A model generated the notes under the pieces. It was given only the letters and a program-made list of their open reading frames with translations, had not been told where the DNA came from and did no database searches. Of a DNA stretch of 64,000 nucleotides, positions 48,674 to 57,969 are shown piece after piece. The first letter of the stretch is position 1; each line of letters opens with the position of its first letter. The position numbers were made by a program, and so were the translations under genes. Origin of the DNA: a virus; the IMG/VR virus record IMGVR_UViG_3300034200_001443, positions 32,001 through 96,000 of that record. One strand, written 5' to 3'.

Positions 48674-49066
48674 TTACCCCTCCTCTTCTTCATCTTTAAT
48701 AAGGGTGAATGAGAAACCTGCGCCAGTAGGCTCGTCGTGGCTTGACCGTGTTGCAGTAAGGACTGTGCCTTCGTGCTTAAACCGTAAATTAAAGTCGCCA
48801 TTTATAGTTAGCGTGTTTAATACTTTGTCGAAAGAAACTATGGCTTCTCCACTTCTGTGTTGCCAACCCATATTTCTGCCAGTAATTCTTACGGTGTTCC
48901 AATCAACGCCTACTGCCTTGCGCCAGTTATTCATCATCTCTTTGAACAACCATTTAGAATCTTCCCAGCAATCGAAACAATAATCGCTAGGCGTATCGTC
49001 TTCGTTAGTGCAAGTGCAATCGCTAGTCATTTCTAGCGTAATCTTTTCTTCGGTGTTTATGCTCAT
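48674..49066 (-). CDS. Hypothetical protein
   Basis: CTC..CFDCW, SHDEPTG. Confidence 0.7.
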   Translation of the reverse strand: MSINTEEKITLEMTSDCTCTNEDDTPSDYCFDCWEDSKWLFKEMMNNWRKAVGVDWNTVRITGRNMGWQHRSGEAIVSFDKVLNTLTINGDFNLRFKHEGTVLTATRSSHDEPTGAGFSFTLIKDEEEEG

Positions 49067-49165
49067 AGTTTTACCTTTCCCTAGTTTTTATGAACAAGAT
49101 AATTTTATCATACCTTTATGCAAATAGGGCTCTTTAACTCCGTATTCTTTTTTCCCAGCGTCCAG

Positions 49166-49384
49166 CTAAGAAACAATTACATCATCTAGCCAATAGCCCG
49201 CATACTTTTCTCCGTCTTTCATTTCATCATTGAAACTTTCCGCAAACAAGTCTCCCTCTTCGCTATCTATCCAGTTTTTACCCTCGGCAAGAGTATCGAA
49301 AGAGATATGAGCCCAAACAATTTCTACATCATCATCTTCATTTCTAAGTATTGCTATCGCTTTATACGGCTTATCTATGATCAT
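49166..49384 (-). CDS. Hypothetical acidic protein
   Basis: GGGGTAAAAATG junction at the start. Confidence 0.6.
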   Translation of the reverse strand: MIIDKPYKAIAILRNEDDDVEIVWAHISFDTLAEGKNWIDSEEGDLFAESFNDEMKDGEKYAGYWLDDVIVS

Positions 49385-49386
49385 TT

Positions 49387-49692
49387 TTACCCCCCGTAGT
49401 CCTCATCTGTTCCATACCCTGCGCTTGCAAGAGTATCTGCGTCCGCTTCTACATCACTCATCTGTGGGATACCTTCGTCCGTTACCCAATAACCTGTTCC
49501 ATCTGCGTTCAGAGTATTTTCCTCAATAGTCCAATCCGCTTCGTCCCAGCGAACTTCGTCCGTCATAATCTTGCCGATTTCATCTATGAACCTCTGCATA
49601 ACCGCTTCGGCTTCTTCCATACTGCTCGCCTTGATTTCTACTATTGAGATAGTTAGGTCTCGCCCCGTTGAGTAATACTTTTCTGCGCTCAT
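49387..49692 (-). CDS. Hypothetical protein (LASAGYGTDEDYG C-terminus)
   Basis: ATG 49692. Confidence 0.65.
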   Translation of the reverse strand: MSAEKYYSTGRDLTISIVEIKASSMEEAEAVMQRFIDEIGKIMTDEVRWDEADWTIEENTLNADGTGYWVTDEGIPQMSDVEADADTLASAGYGTDEDYGG

Positions 49693-49976
49693 CACGCTAC
49701 CTCGCAATCGTGTCCGTATGCCCACTCGCTTGCTTCTATTTCATCTAATAAATCAAACACACGCTTACACTCAACGCATCTTGCCTTAGTGCTAATTTTC
49801 ATTTTTATCTCTTTCCCTAGCCGTTAGCCCCTTGCTAACAATTCTTATTATACACGACCTTCCTGCAATTTCATACGATCCCCTGCCGTTTCTTTTTTAC
49901 CCCTCGCCTTTTTACCTTGCCGTAGAAAGCAAAAACCCCCTGCTTTCGCAAGGGGCTTCTGCCGACTAGGGATTGT

Positions 49977-50411
49977 CTATTTGGTAAGAACAACTGTGAA
50001 AGTGCTTTCCACCTTAGTCTTAGCAAAGACTTCAGGGAAATCCAATTCCAACTTTTTCTTATCTACATCTGTGCGATTACGCTCGGAGATTGTAATTCTC
50101 GTTGCGCCGTTTAGTGTTCCCTTTTTAGCAACGCCGACCCATTTCTCGGTGCTACCAACTAACACTTTTTCCCAACCCATTAGCAAATAAATTGCTTCTG
50201 TGGCTTCTTGCTTTTGCTTTTCCAAATCAGTAATCGCTTCACGCAATCTAACTAATTCGGCAACTGTGGCTTCTGCCTTTTTCTTGTTCTTATCAAGCGA
50301 AATAACTTCACTTGTTGCTACAACTGTTGTTTCATCAACAACTGTCTTGATTGTTTTTCCAGCAACCTTTTTAGTGGTGCTAGTGGTGGTGCTTTTGATA
50401 GTGCTACCCAT
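49977..50411 (-). CDS. Hypothetical protein, coiled coil with VDKKKL..FPEV C-terminus
   Basis: Own promoter (50467-50496) and terminator (49930-49960). Confidence 0.75.
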   Translation of the reverse strand: MGSTIKSTTTSTTKKVAGKTIKTVVDETTVVATSEVISLDKNKKKAEATVAELVRLREAITDLEKQKQEATEAIYLLMGWEKVLVGSTEKWVGVAKKGTLNGATRITISERNRTDVDKKKLELDFPEVFAKTKVESTFTVVLTK

Positions 50412-50466
50412 TTGGATACTTCCTATTCATTTCGTCATTTCCTAGGCGTTGTTGCCTAGTAAAAGA

Positions 50467-50496
50467 ATAATAACCTACTTTCCTGCCTTTCGTCAA
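50467..50496 (-). promoter_or_regulatory. Promoter with spacer motif
   Basis: TTGACG-aaagGCAGGAAAGTAGgt-TATTAT. Confidence 0.8.
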
Positions 50497-50520
50497 ATCC
50501 AAACCTATCGTGTCGGGAAA

Positions 50521-50724
50521 TTAGTATCCCTCGGCATAGACTTCCTGTTCCTCGTCATAGAGTCCTGTGTAAATAACTACCTGCCCCTCATTGTCGTATT
50601 CGTGTCCAACCCTTTTGGCTAGGTTATCCACAAGGTATTCGGTAGTAATTGTCCAGCGTGAAATACCAAATCCAATCCCAGCACCGATAATCATCATCAG
50701 TAAAGTGAAACCATTGAAAAACAT
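50521..50724 (-). CDS. Small membrane protein
   Basis: N-terminal TM helix; junction motif at the start. Confidence 0.6.
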   Translation of the reverse strand: MFFNGFTLLMMIIGAGIGFGISRWTITTEYLVDNLAKRVGHEYDNEGQVVIYTGLYDEEQEVYAEGY

Positions 50725-50726
50725 TT

Positions 50727-50984
50727 TTACCCCTTATCCGTATTAGCGACAACTTTTTGTGCGATCTCTACAAAGTCCTCAGCAGCAGAGCTTTGGAAAT
50801 ACCACTCTCCGTTTTCGTAATTCTCTATTACCTCAGACCATTGTTCGTCCGTTAGTGTTAGGTCAGGCTTTTCTCCCCAACCCGAGCCGTATGACTCAAT
50901 AATCTTTTTATCCCAATAAGCGACAATCAACTCGTCCTCGCCGTCATAACTTTTCAATTGTTCTAATAAATCTTTTACTTTCAT
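50727..50984 (-). CDS. Hypothetical protein (MKVKDLLEQL..)
   Basis: ATG 50984 after GGGTAAAA. Confidence 0.7.
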   Translation of the reverse strand: MKVKDLLEQLKSYDGEDELIVAYWDKKIIESYGSGWGEKPDLTLTDEQWSEVIENYENGEWYFQSSAAEDFVEIAQKVVANTDKG

Positions 50985-51046
50985 TTTTACCCTTCCCCTT
51001 TGGTAAGGCACGCCGTTAGACGTGCCCTATAAGTTGTGTGACGCCG

Positions 51047-51283
51047 TTAGTAAGAGGCTCCTAGTTTGTCAGGATTATTTACTGCATAGTCCATGCCGTC
51101 ATTGTATCCAGCATAATAAAGACTCTCTAGCCGTTCGGCTAAAGCCTTTGTTGCCTTGTCTATGTTAGACATACTCGCCTCAAAATACATTATTTCTTCG
51201 GCTTGTTCTTTTACATCTTTACGAACTTCTTTTTTTGTTCTCAATTTTTCTACATCACCCCCCCGTAAGTTTCTTTCCAACAA
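51047..51283 (-). CDS. Hypothetical protein (start uncertain)
   Basis: Y.AGY.DG motif common in small phage proteins. Confidence 0.5.
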   Translation of the reverse strand: MLERNLRGGDVEKLRTKKEVRKDVKEQAEEIMYFEASMSNIDKATKALAERLESLYYAGYNDGMDYAVNNPDKLGASY

Positions 51284-51483
51284 TTAGGGTGCGTGCCTGT
51301 AAGCATTTGCTCACGCAACGCTTTATCTAAATCAGGGTAAGCCTCTTGAATAAGTCCACCAAGTTGCCTAACCAAAAAACCTTCCATAGGAACTTCTACT
51401 TGCCCGTAATCTCCACACACAAAACATTTTGGAGTTTCCACAATGTAAGTCGTGTTCTTTACCATTTCACCGAAAGCCGTCAT
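51250..51483 (-). CDS. Hypothetical Zn-binding protein
   Basis: CFVCG..IQEAYP.L....REQ..TGTHPNCW. Confidence 0.7.
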   Translation of the reverse strand: MTAFGEMVKNTTYIVETPKCFVCGDYGQVEVPMEGFLVRQLGGLIQEAYPDLDKALREQMLTGTHPNCWKETYGGVM

Positions 51484-51525
51484 TTTTTTCCCTTTCTGTT
51501 CGGTAAGTTTATTGTATCAGATTTA

Positions 51526-51822
51526 CTATTCAATTCCAAGTTCTTGGCGAATAGTGTCTACCGCTTCCATCCACGCTGCTGCTCGGACTTCATTGAGGAC
51601 ATCATCGTTCACGAAAAGTCTGAGAAACTTCAACCATTGTTCGTTTGTAATCTCAACTCCAAGATCAGACTCTACATCTGACTTACACCAGACGCCCCAA
51701 TGAACGAGTTCATTTTCGTCAAACTCTTGCGAAATAAACTCCGCAACTTGACCAGCCGTAAGGAACTCTGCATCTTCTTCTAATTCATCATCATCTATCT
51801 CTATGTCATTTTGATTTGTCAT
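51526..51822 (-). CDS. Hypothetical acidic protein
   Basis: ATGA coupling. Confidence 0.65.
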   Translation of the reverse strand: MTNQNDIEIDDDELEEDAEFLTAGQVAEFISQEFDENELVHWGVWCKSDVESDLGVEITNEQWLKFLRLFVNDDVLNEVRAAAWMEAVDTIRQELGIE

Positions 51823-52331
51823 TTTATATCACCCCCTAAAAAACCTTGATTCTTTTTATGGCGAAAGTTCTTTATATTGAAAGTAGTGTGACCCGTAGCC
51901 TCTGCTATTTCACGGGCAGTTATTTTATTGTCGATAGCAAGGATTATTAGTTCTTGCTTTCTTTTTTTCAGGTCGGAATATTGTTTAGAAATAATTTCCA
52001 ACTCGGTGAGAATTTTTACCGCAGTAGTGTCTACTGTTACTGACTTTGGTCTGCCCACTCTAAACTTCTGTGTAGATTTCACCTCACCTTTTTGAGTGAA
52101 ACCAATAGAGTAACTCTGCTTTACTCTTTTATAGCGATTAGTTATTGCTTGACTGCTTTGATAACCTAGAGCAAGAGCAAGTTCTACTGCCGAAACTCCT
52201 CGCTCAATCTCATCTACAATCAGTCTGTCAAACTCTAAAACTTCAACCGCAGCTCTATTACCGCCCCACGCTTTCTTTTGGTCTGGTTTTAGTTCTAGCA
52301 ATCTTTCGATTACCTTCTCGTCTGCTTTCAT
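51819..52331 (-). CDS. Double HTH DNA-binding protein
   Basis: VSAVELALALGYQSSQAI and ITAREIAEATGHT. Confidence 0.7.
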   Translation of the reverse strand: MKADEKVIERLLELKPDQKKAWGGNRAAVEVLEFDRLIVDEIERGVSAVELALALGYQSSQAITNRYKRVKQSYSIGFTQKGEVKSTQKFRVGRPKSVTVDTTAVKILTELEIISKQYSDLKKRKQELIILAIDNKITAREIAEATGHTTFNIKNFRHKKNQGFLGGDIK

Positions 52332-52376
52332 CAGCGAGATACCCCTTTCGTCATTTGGATAGTTATTATAGCATTT

Positions 52377-52871
52377 TTAGTGGTGGAAATCTGCAATAAC
52401 CGCAAATTGTTTTTTCGGGTCTTTTTCTATTCTTTCCATAAGATAAAAAAGCCCCCCTGTTCCTGCCTCTAAATCCCAGATAGCACTATCGCTATTCCAG
52501 TAATCAGCAATCAAAGTTCCAATCCTTCTTATGTAAAAACCAACCATACCTAAATCAAAGTTATTTATTCTTGGGTCATAACTATCTATAACTTCACCTA
52601 AAGTTTTACCCTCTTTATCGAAAGCAGCTAAACTTTCTTTCATGTGAGTATGGCGATACTCGGAAAAAGTATTTATCCATTTCATAAATACTTCAGGGTC
52701 ATTAGCGTAATTCAGAGCATTAGTAGGTTCATCATCTCCGAACATACCTGTCCAGCGACCACCAACTTCAGACCAATCAGACCAATCTGCTTCTTCTAGT
52801 CTGCTTTCAACTATCCCTATTGCTTCTTGGTGAGTATCTGCCTCAACCAAAAGTAATTGAACACAATGCAT
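52377..52871 (-). CDS. Hypothetical protein (WSDW..VGGRW.G, C-terminal ADFHH)
   Basis: Recurrent phage protein pattern; start motif upstream. Confidence 0.75.
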   Translation of the reverse strand: MHCVQLLLVEADTHQEAIGIVESRLEEADWSDWSEVGGRWTGMFGDDEPTNALNYANDPEVFMKWINTFSEYRHTHMKESLAAFDKEGKTLGEVIDSYDPRINNFDLGMVGFYIRRIGTLIADYWNSDSAIWDLEAGTGGLFYLMERIEKDPKKQFAVIADFHH

Positions 52872-52916
52872 TTTTTACCCCTCGTCATTTTGTCTTAGGT
52901 CTATTCTACCAAAAAT

Positions 52917-53384
52917 CTACTCCAAATCAAGAACCACGACTTGTCTGCCCTCAACTTGTGGCATTTGATTATTTTCAATCATGCAGACATTTACAAATTG
53001 TTCAATCAGGTATTGGCAAGCATGGTCAAAGGCTTCATCTGCTTGGTGATTGACCATGTCCAAATGCTCTCCGTCAGAACTGTAAACATCAAACCACGAA
53101 TTGTTTTGCCAATCCAATCGGGGATAATTCCCAGAACTTGCTTCTGCTAAAGCTTTATCCGTAAGTAGATCATCAGGGAACTCGCTACTGTTTGTGTAAG
53201 TGCTACCCGTTTCCCTGTCCTCAATCTTGGTATCTCCGTCTACATAAATCGTGACTTCAAAATCTCCTAGTCCTACTTTGCAGACCGCTCCCTTTTCCCA
53301 CCACACGCTTTCTTGGTGGTCGCCGTCAGGTGTGTTTCCATCAAGCCAAAAGAACTCAATCTCGTATTCCCCTGCCGTTGGCAT
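52917..53384 (-). CDS. Hypothetical protein
   Basis: Junction motif at the start; WQNNSWF. Confidence 0.65.
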   Translation of the reverse strand: MPTAGEYEIEFFWLDGNTPDGDHQESVWWEKGAVCKVGLGDFEVTIYVDGDTKIEDRETGSTYTNSSEFPDDLLTDKALAEASSGNYPRLDWQNNSWFDVYSSDGEHLDMVNHQADEAFDHACQYLIEQFVNVCMIENNQMPQVEGRQVVVLDLE

Positions 53385-53386
53385 TT

Positions 53387-53614
53387 TTACCCCTCGTTCA
53401 GTTTTTTCAAGAGCGAGCCTACTTGTTCCGTTGCTTCGTATTCCAAATCCATTTCGATAGGGTCGTCATAATTTAATGTTCTCCACCTGCCCTCATCATG
53501 ATCTACTCCGTCCCATACCGGGCCGTTCTTAAACCATGAACCTAAAGCTTCGTCTGCCGATGCCCATTTTTTTGTTTCCGTATTAAAACAAATTAAGTAA
53601 TGGATTTCTGCCAT
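53387..53614 (-). CDS. Hypothetical protein
   Basis: TAATG-coupled. Confidence 0.65.
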   Translation of the reverse strand: MAEIHYLICFNTETKKWASADEALGSWFKNGPVWDGVDHDEGRWRTLNYDDPIEMDLEYEATEQVGSLLKKLNEG

Positions 53615-53766
53615 TACAAAATCTCTCTTGCGTCAAAGTTCGCCTTATGAACTAGGTCGCCGTATTCCTCTGCCGTCCAAGCCTCTGCTTGTCGTAGAGC
53701 CTCGTCCTTGCTATCGGCTTCCCATACTGTTCTGATACTTGCCGATACTACAACTTCGTATTTCAT
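53614..53766 (-). CDS. 50-aa hypothetical protein (MKYEVVVS..EADSKDEA)
   Basis: Manual translation; AAAGGGA RBS; TAATG overlap. Confidence 0.65.
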   Translation of the reverse strand: MKYEVVVSASIRTVWEADSKDEALRQAEAWTAEEYGDLVHKANFDAREIL

Positions 53767-54198
53767 TTTTTCCCTTTCGTCATTTGTTCTTGTTATCCAA
53801 TCCTATCATACCTATCCAAATACCCGTCAATACCAAATTAAAGTTTTTACTTCCTATGCTCTCTTTTTAATTTTTGAGCGTAATTCCCGGTAGGGTGCTA
53901 CCTTTTTTTCGGAACTAAAAACTTCTAGTTAAAGGTGTTTAGTTTTACTGTGGTGCGGAAAATAAGTTATTCACTTCCGTCATGCTTCAGCTAATCCACG
54001 CTCACGACTACTTCGGTCTGCTGACTTGGTGGGGAACTGAAAACTTCCACACGATCTTGCGACCCGTTTCTTTTTACCCCGACAACGAAAAACCCCCTAC
54101 GCAACACCGATTCCGTAGGGGGCTTCCGTTAATCGTAATCGGGGGGACACACGCACCAATAAGGACGATACCCGACCACGAAATCTCTTGCCGTTATC

Positions 54199-55980
54199 TC
54201 ACGCCACGAACCTTTGCCCTGCCGTTGATAAAACTTTCTCGGCGTTCTTGCCGATAATTAAAGCAGACACACTTGGGTCAGTTATGTTCTCAACAACTTG
54301 GGCGTTCGCCGTTCCACAAATATGTTTAGCAGTTGAGCCGTTATCGCCAATCGGTAGCCATAGAACTGCTACGCCGTTCTTTGAGCAACGAGCAACCCAC
54401 GCCTTTGCGTTCTCTGTTTCCTCATGTGTGTAGTGTCCGTCAGATACAACAACTAATAATCTTGCGCCCTCACCATTAAGTAGATTGAGTGCGCCGTCCA
54501 AAGCACGAAACGCTTTATCAAACTTTTCAGTTCCGTCAGGGGCAGAATAAACATTTACTTCTTTTAGTCGTTGCCCTGCTTTTAGAGTTGGGAAAACATC
54601 TGAACCATAATAAACCATAGCGCAACGACCCTGAACTCGGCGAACTGCCTCACTCATAATCCAAGCAGTAGAAGCCATTGGGTTCATAGCAGAACTCATT
54701 GACCCTGAAATATCTACCATTACGCCAACTGAAAGTGTTGGTTCATCTGTGTGCTTACGAACTTTTTTTGAGAAAGCAGTTGGTTGAGAATAAACTCCAC
54801 GACTTTCCAAAGCCTTAGCCTCAATTACTTTTCTCATGTTTAATTTTCCGGGTGGAACAATACTTTTAACTTTAGTTATTCCACGCTCACGATACTTTGC
54901 TCTTTCTAAAGCCTTAGCAATTTTAACTGCGCTATTGCGTTCTTGACCATTAGGGCTTCGCTTCTCAACTAACTTAGAAGCAGTATGCGCTTCCCCCGGA
55001 CCTGAACTCTTTGAGAATACTTGACGAGCAATTTCCTCATTTTTCTTTTGCTCTTTAGAAGTATTGGCTTTAGCAGTTGCGCTCTCTTTCATATCCTCTG
55101 ATTGCTTTTGGTCTGCTAATTCATTGGCATTAGAAATAGAAATACTTTCGCTCATCTCGCCAAGCATTTCGCTAATCATTTCAGCAAAGGCTTCTTGTTG
55201 TTCTTGGGTTGGTTGTTCCCCTGCTTCCTCTGCCTTTTCACGAACTAATTTCGCCCACTCAATCGCTAGTGGATAGCAAGCAGAAATATCAGTATGAGTT
55301 GCGTGGTCTTGGAACTGATAAATAATTTCTTTTAATTTCATAACTAAATCAGAACCTAAAATCCCATTGACTTTATCTACTAAATCAAAGGCTTCTAATT
55401 CATCAAGCGACCCTGCGATAATTCTTGCGTGGCATAATCCAACTAAAGAACTAGCAGAACGAATTGTTGATTGCTCTGAAAATACTTCTTTGGCTTCGTC
55501 AATAATTAAACCCATAGCACTTGCTCGTAAAAAAACTTTTGCGTCAGCGTGGGTCTTAATACCCCATGCTTCTATGCGACCTTCCTCTAGCAACATCAAA
55601 GCCTCAAACTCATCTTGCTTTAGTGTCTTACCTGCTAGTGGAATATCCCATGCTGAAAACTTTGCGTGGTATGCCTCATGGCGAATTGCGCCAACTGCTT
55701 TAGCAAACTCGTATTGGTTCTTTCGCTTTGTTAAATCGTCAATCATGTTAGGTGTAGTGATTTCGCCAAAGGCTACTTTTGTATTTACTTCTACTTCTGC
55801 GAGAGCAGGTAAGAAACAAGCAGGTGCGCCTTGACCTGCTTCTGTTCCTAGTAAAGCAACTAGGTCAGTTCTATCAGCCCAAGTATTTACTAATTGAGTA
55901 ATTTCATATCCAACTCCTAGCCAATCGCTAGGTGTCTTAATCTTGGAACGATTAAGTTCCTGTGGCTTTATGTGTGCCAT
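54199..55980 (-). CDS. vWA-domain protein with N-terminal HExxH (CobT-like)
   Basis: RHEAYH..LEEGRIE; MIDAS DISGSM, GT, VSDG. Confidence 0.88.
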   Translation of the reverse strand: MAHIKPQELNRSKIKTPSDWLGVGYEITQLVNTWADRTDLVALLGTEAGQGAPACFLPALAEVEVNTKVAFGEITTPNMIDDLTKRKNQYEFAKAVGAIRHEAYHAKFSAWDIPLAGKTLKQDEFEALMLLEEGRIEAWGIKTHADAKVFLRASAMGLIIDEAKEVFSEQSTIRSASSLVGLCHARIIAGSLDELEAFDLVDKVNGILGSDLVMKLKEIIYQFQDHATHTDISACYPLAIEWAKLVREKAEEAGEQPTQEQQEAFAEMISEMLGEMSESISISNANELADQKQSEDMKESATAKANTSKEQKKNEEIARQVFSKSSGPGEAHTASKLVEKRSPNGQERNSAVKIAKALERAKYRERGITKVKSIVPPGKLNMRKVIEAKALESRGVYSQPTAFSKKVRKHTDEPTLSVGVMVDISGSMSSAMNPMASTAWIMSEAVRRVQGRCAMVYYGSDVFPTLKAGQRLKEVNVYSAPDGTEKFDKAFRALDGALNLLNGEGARLLVVVSDGHYTHEETENAKAWVARCSKNGVAVLWLPIGDNGSTAKHICGTANAQVVENITDPSVSALIIGKNAEKVLSTAGQRFVA

Positions 55981-56220
55981 GTCTTTCGTCCTTTTCTAAT
56001 CGTGTGTCCTTACAAAACCTATCATACCATTTTGGGGGGGATAATCAAACTTAGGGCTTGGCGTGGGGTGGGGAACTTGGGAAGTGATTTTAGATCCTGG
56101 AACCAAAGCTTTAACCCTGCCCTGCGTTATTTAGTTTTATTTACCCCTAGTTATTTAGAGAGTGGGAGTAGAGATACCTAACTCCCACCCTCAAAGCCAA
56201 CACTAGGTTCTAGGGAAAAC

Positions 56221-57279
56221 CTAGATTTTCGCTGGCTTATGCTCTGCGCCGAACGCCCGAGCAATTACATCAACAACTACATCTCTATCTATTTCAGGTG
56301 CGCTCGCAATTAAATTAGAAATTGCGAACTCTGTTCCAAAGACTTCACTTGTATCTCTGAAACCTAGCAACTCACGCATTTGTGGCGACCATGAGATTTC
56401 AGCACTATCGCCTTGTGTGCGCTTGTATAGATTTTGAGCAACGCTAACCATTGTCGCTGGCACTCCTAACTTCTTTGCCAACGCCCAATCAGTAGTTAGT
56501 TCTGCTTGGATTTGGAAACGAGATATTAACGCTTCACTCATGCGAACCCCCGGAGCATTTGGGTTAGTAGCAGAAACTACATAAAAATCCTCATGGACTT
56601 TAATAGTTCCTCTTTCAGGGTTCATTGGAATTGTTATCTCTTTTCGTCCGTCCATTACTGAATAGACAACTGCTAAGGCTTTAGGGTCAATCAAACCAAT
56701 CTCGTCAATAAAGAAAGGCTTTCCAAACTCAACTGCCTTAATAAATCCTGCGTCAATCCACTCAAACTTTCCACTTGGGGTCTGAATAAACGAACCATAA
56801 AAATCATTGGTATCAGTATCACCATTACCAATTAAAGTTATTACTTCGTCATTAGAAAAACTTGCTTCTACTAAAGCAGTTTTTCCTGTTCCCGGAACTC
56901 CATAGAAAAATGCGAATTGTGGAGAACCAACGCCCTCTGAAAAGAACTTCTTAGTTGCTTCTCTTGCTCGGCGTAGAACTGCTACATCAGTATGAACTCC
57001 CCATTGGCGAGTGAAATACTTTTGTCCATTAGGGCGAACATAGAACTCATCAGCACTCATGTTATCCACCTCAACTCCACTAGGGGTCATAGCACTAACT
57101 CGCTCTCTCGCTTTTCTTTTATCGCCACTTGCTCGCTCAACGCAACGACCACTTGGTAGAACTTTTGCGCTAAGTCGCAAAGAAGTATCCTCATGGACAC
57201 TTTGGGTCAAGCAATCAGAAACGATATTCCAAAAATCGCCTCTTAAAGAAGCCAACTTGTCTTTGATAATTGTATCCAT
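56221..57279 (-). CDS. MoxR/CbbQ/CobS-like AAA+ ATPase
   Basis: GVPGTGKT, FFIDEI, ATNP, SEALISRF, sensor-2 MREL. Confidence 0.9.
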   Translation of the reverse strand: MDTIIKDKLASLRGDFWNIVSDCLTQSVHEDTSLRLSAKVLPSGRCVERASGDKRKARERVSAMTPSGVEVDNMSADEFYVRPNGQKYFTRQWGVHTDVAVLRRAREATKKFFSEGVGSPQFAFFYGVPGTGKTALVEASFSNDEVITLIGNGDTDTNDFYGSFIQTPSGKFEWIDAGFIKAVEFGKPFFIDEIGLIDPKALAVVYSVMDGRKEITIPMNPERGTIKVHEDFYVVSATNPNAPGVRMSEALISRFQIQAELTTDWALAKKLGVPATMVSVAQNLYKRTQGDSAEISWSPQMRELLGFRDTSEVFGTEFAISNLIASAPEIDRDVVVDVIARAFGAEHKPAKI

Positions 57280-57291
57280 TTTTATTGCCCC

Positions 57292-57750
57292 CTAAGCAAT
57301 CTCAACAGGAAAGCCAAGTGCTTTTCTGCTTTGGTTGATACGATAAACAACTTTGATAGGTGTTTCACCTTTGTAAATCTCAATTAAATCATTTTGAGAA
57401 GTTTCTATCAGAATTGGGTCATTTACTAATTGCCAATCACCCTCAACCAATCCTGCGAAAATAGAGTTCAGGTGTTCTAAACGCTTAGAAACATAAGTGT
57501 CTTTAAGACCTAGTTCTGCTAAATCTTGTGAGCCAACTTTTGCTAATTCCTCTGCGAACTGAACAGTTGTCTGTTGCCATAACTTCTTTGGCTTTTCTCT
57601 AGAAACAATCCTGCGATAAATCTTGGCAGGAACTAAATCACCTGACGGCGTAAATCCGTCAGGGGTAATAAACATTTCTGTTCTGTATCCCGATTTTGCG
57701 AACTCGGCATAAACAGAAACACCCTGAATTGACTTTTCTTTGTCTAGCAT
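57292..57750 (-). CDS. Hypothetical protein, first gene of the AAA/vWA cluster
   Basis: 12 bp from the AAA gene; start motif upstream. Confidence 0.75.
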   Translation of the reverse strand: MLDKEKSIQGVSVYAEFAKSGYRTEMFITPDGFTPSGDLVPAKIYRRIVSREKPKKLWQQTTVQFAEELAKVGSQDLAELGLKDTYVSKRLEHLNSIFAGLVEGDWQLVNDPILIETSQNDLIEIYKGETPIKVVYRINQSRKALGFPVEIA

Positions 57751-57969
57751 TGGTATCTCTTTTCGTCATTTACCTAATTCCCTACGAACTAGGTGTTGGG
57801 TCAATCTTACCATTTTCTATCATAGAAGCAAATTAGGCTAGGTGTGTCTTAAAAAAGGTTCTACCCCCACACTAAAATGACGAGTAAAAGTATGGGGGTA
57901 GAAATCTATGTTTCCAGTTCCTAAGAAAGAGAAGCTTTAGAAAACCCTTTCTATGAGAACTGAAAGTTA

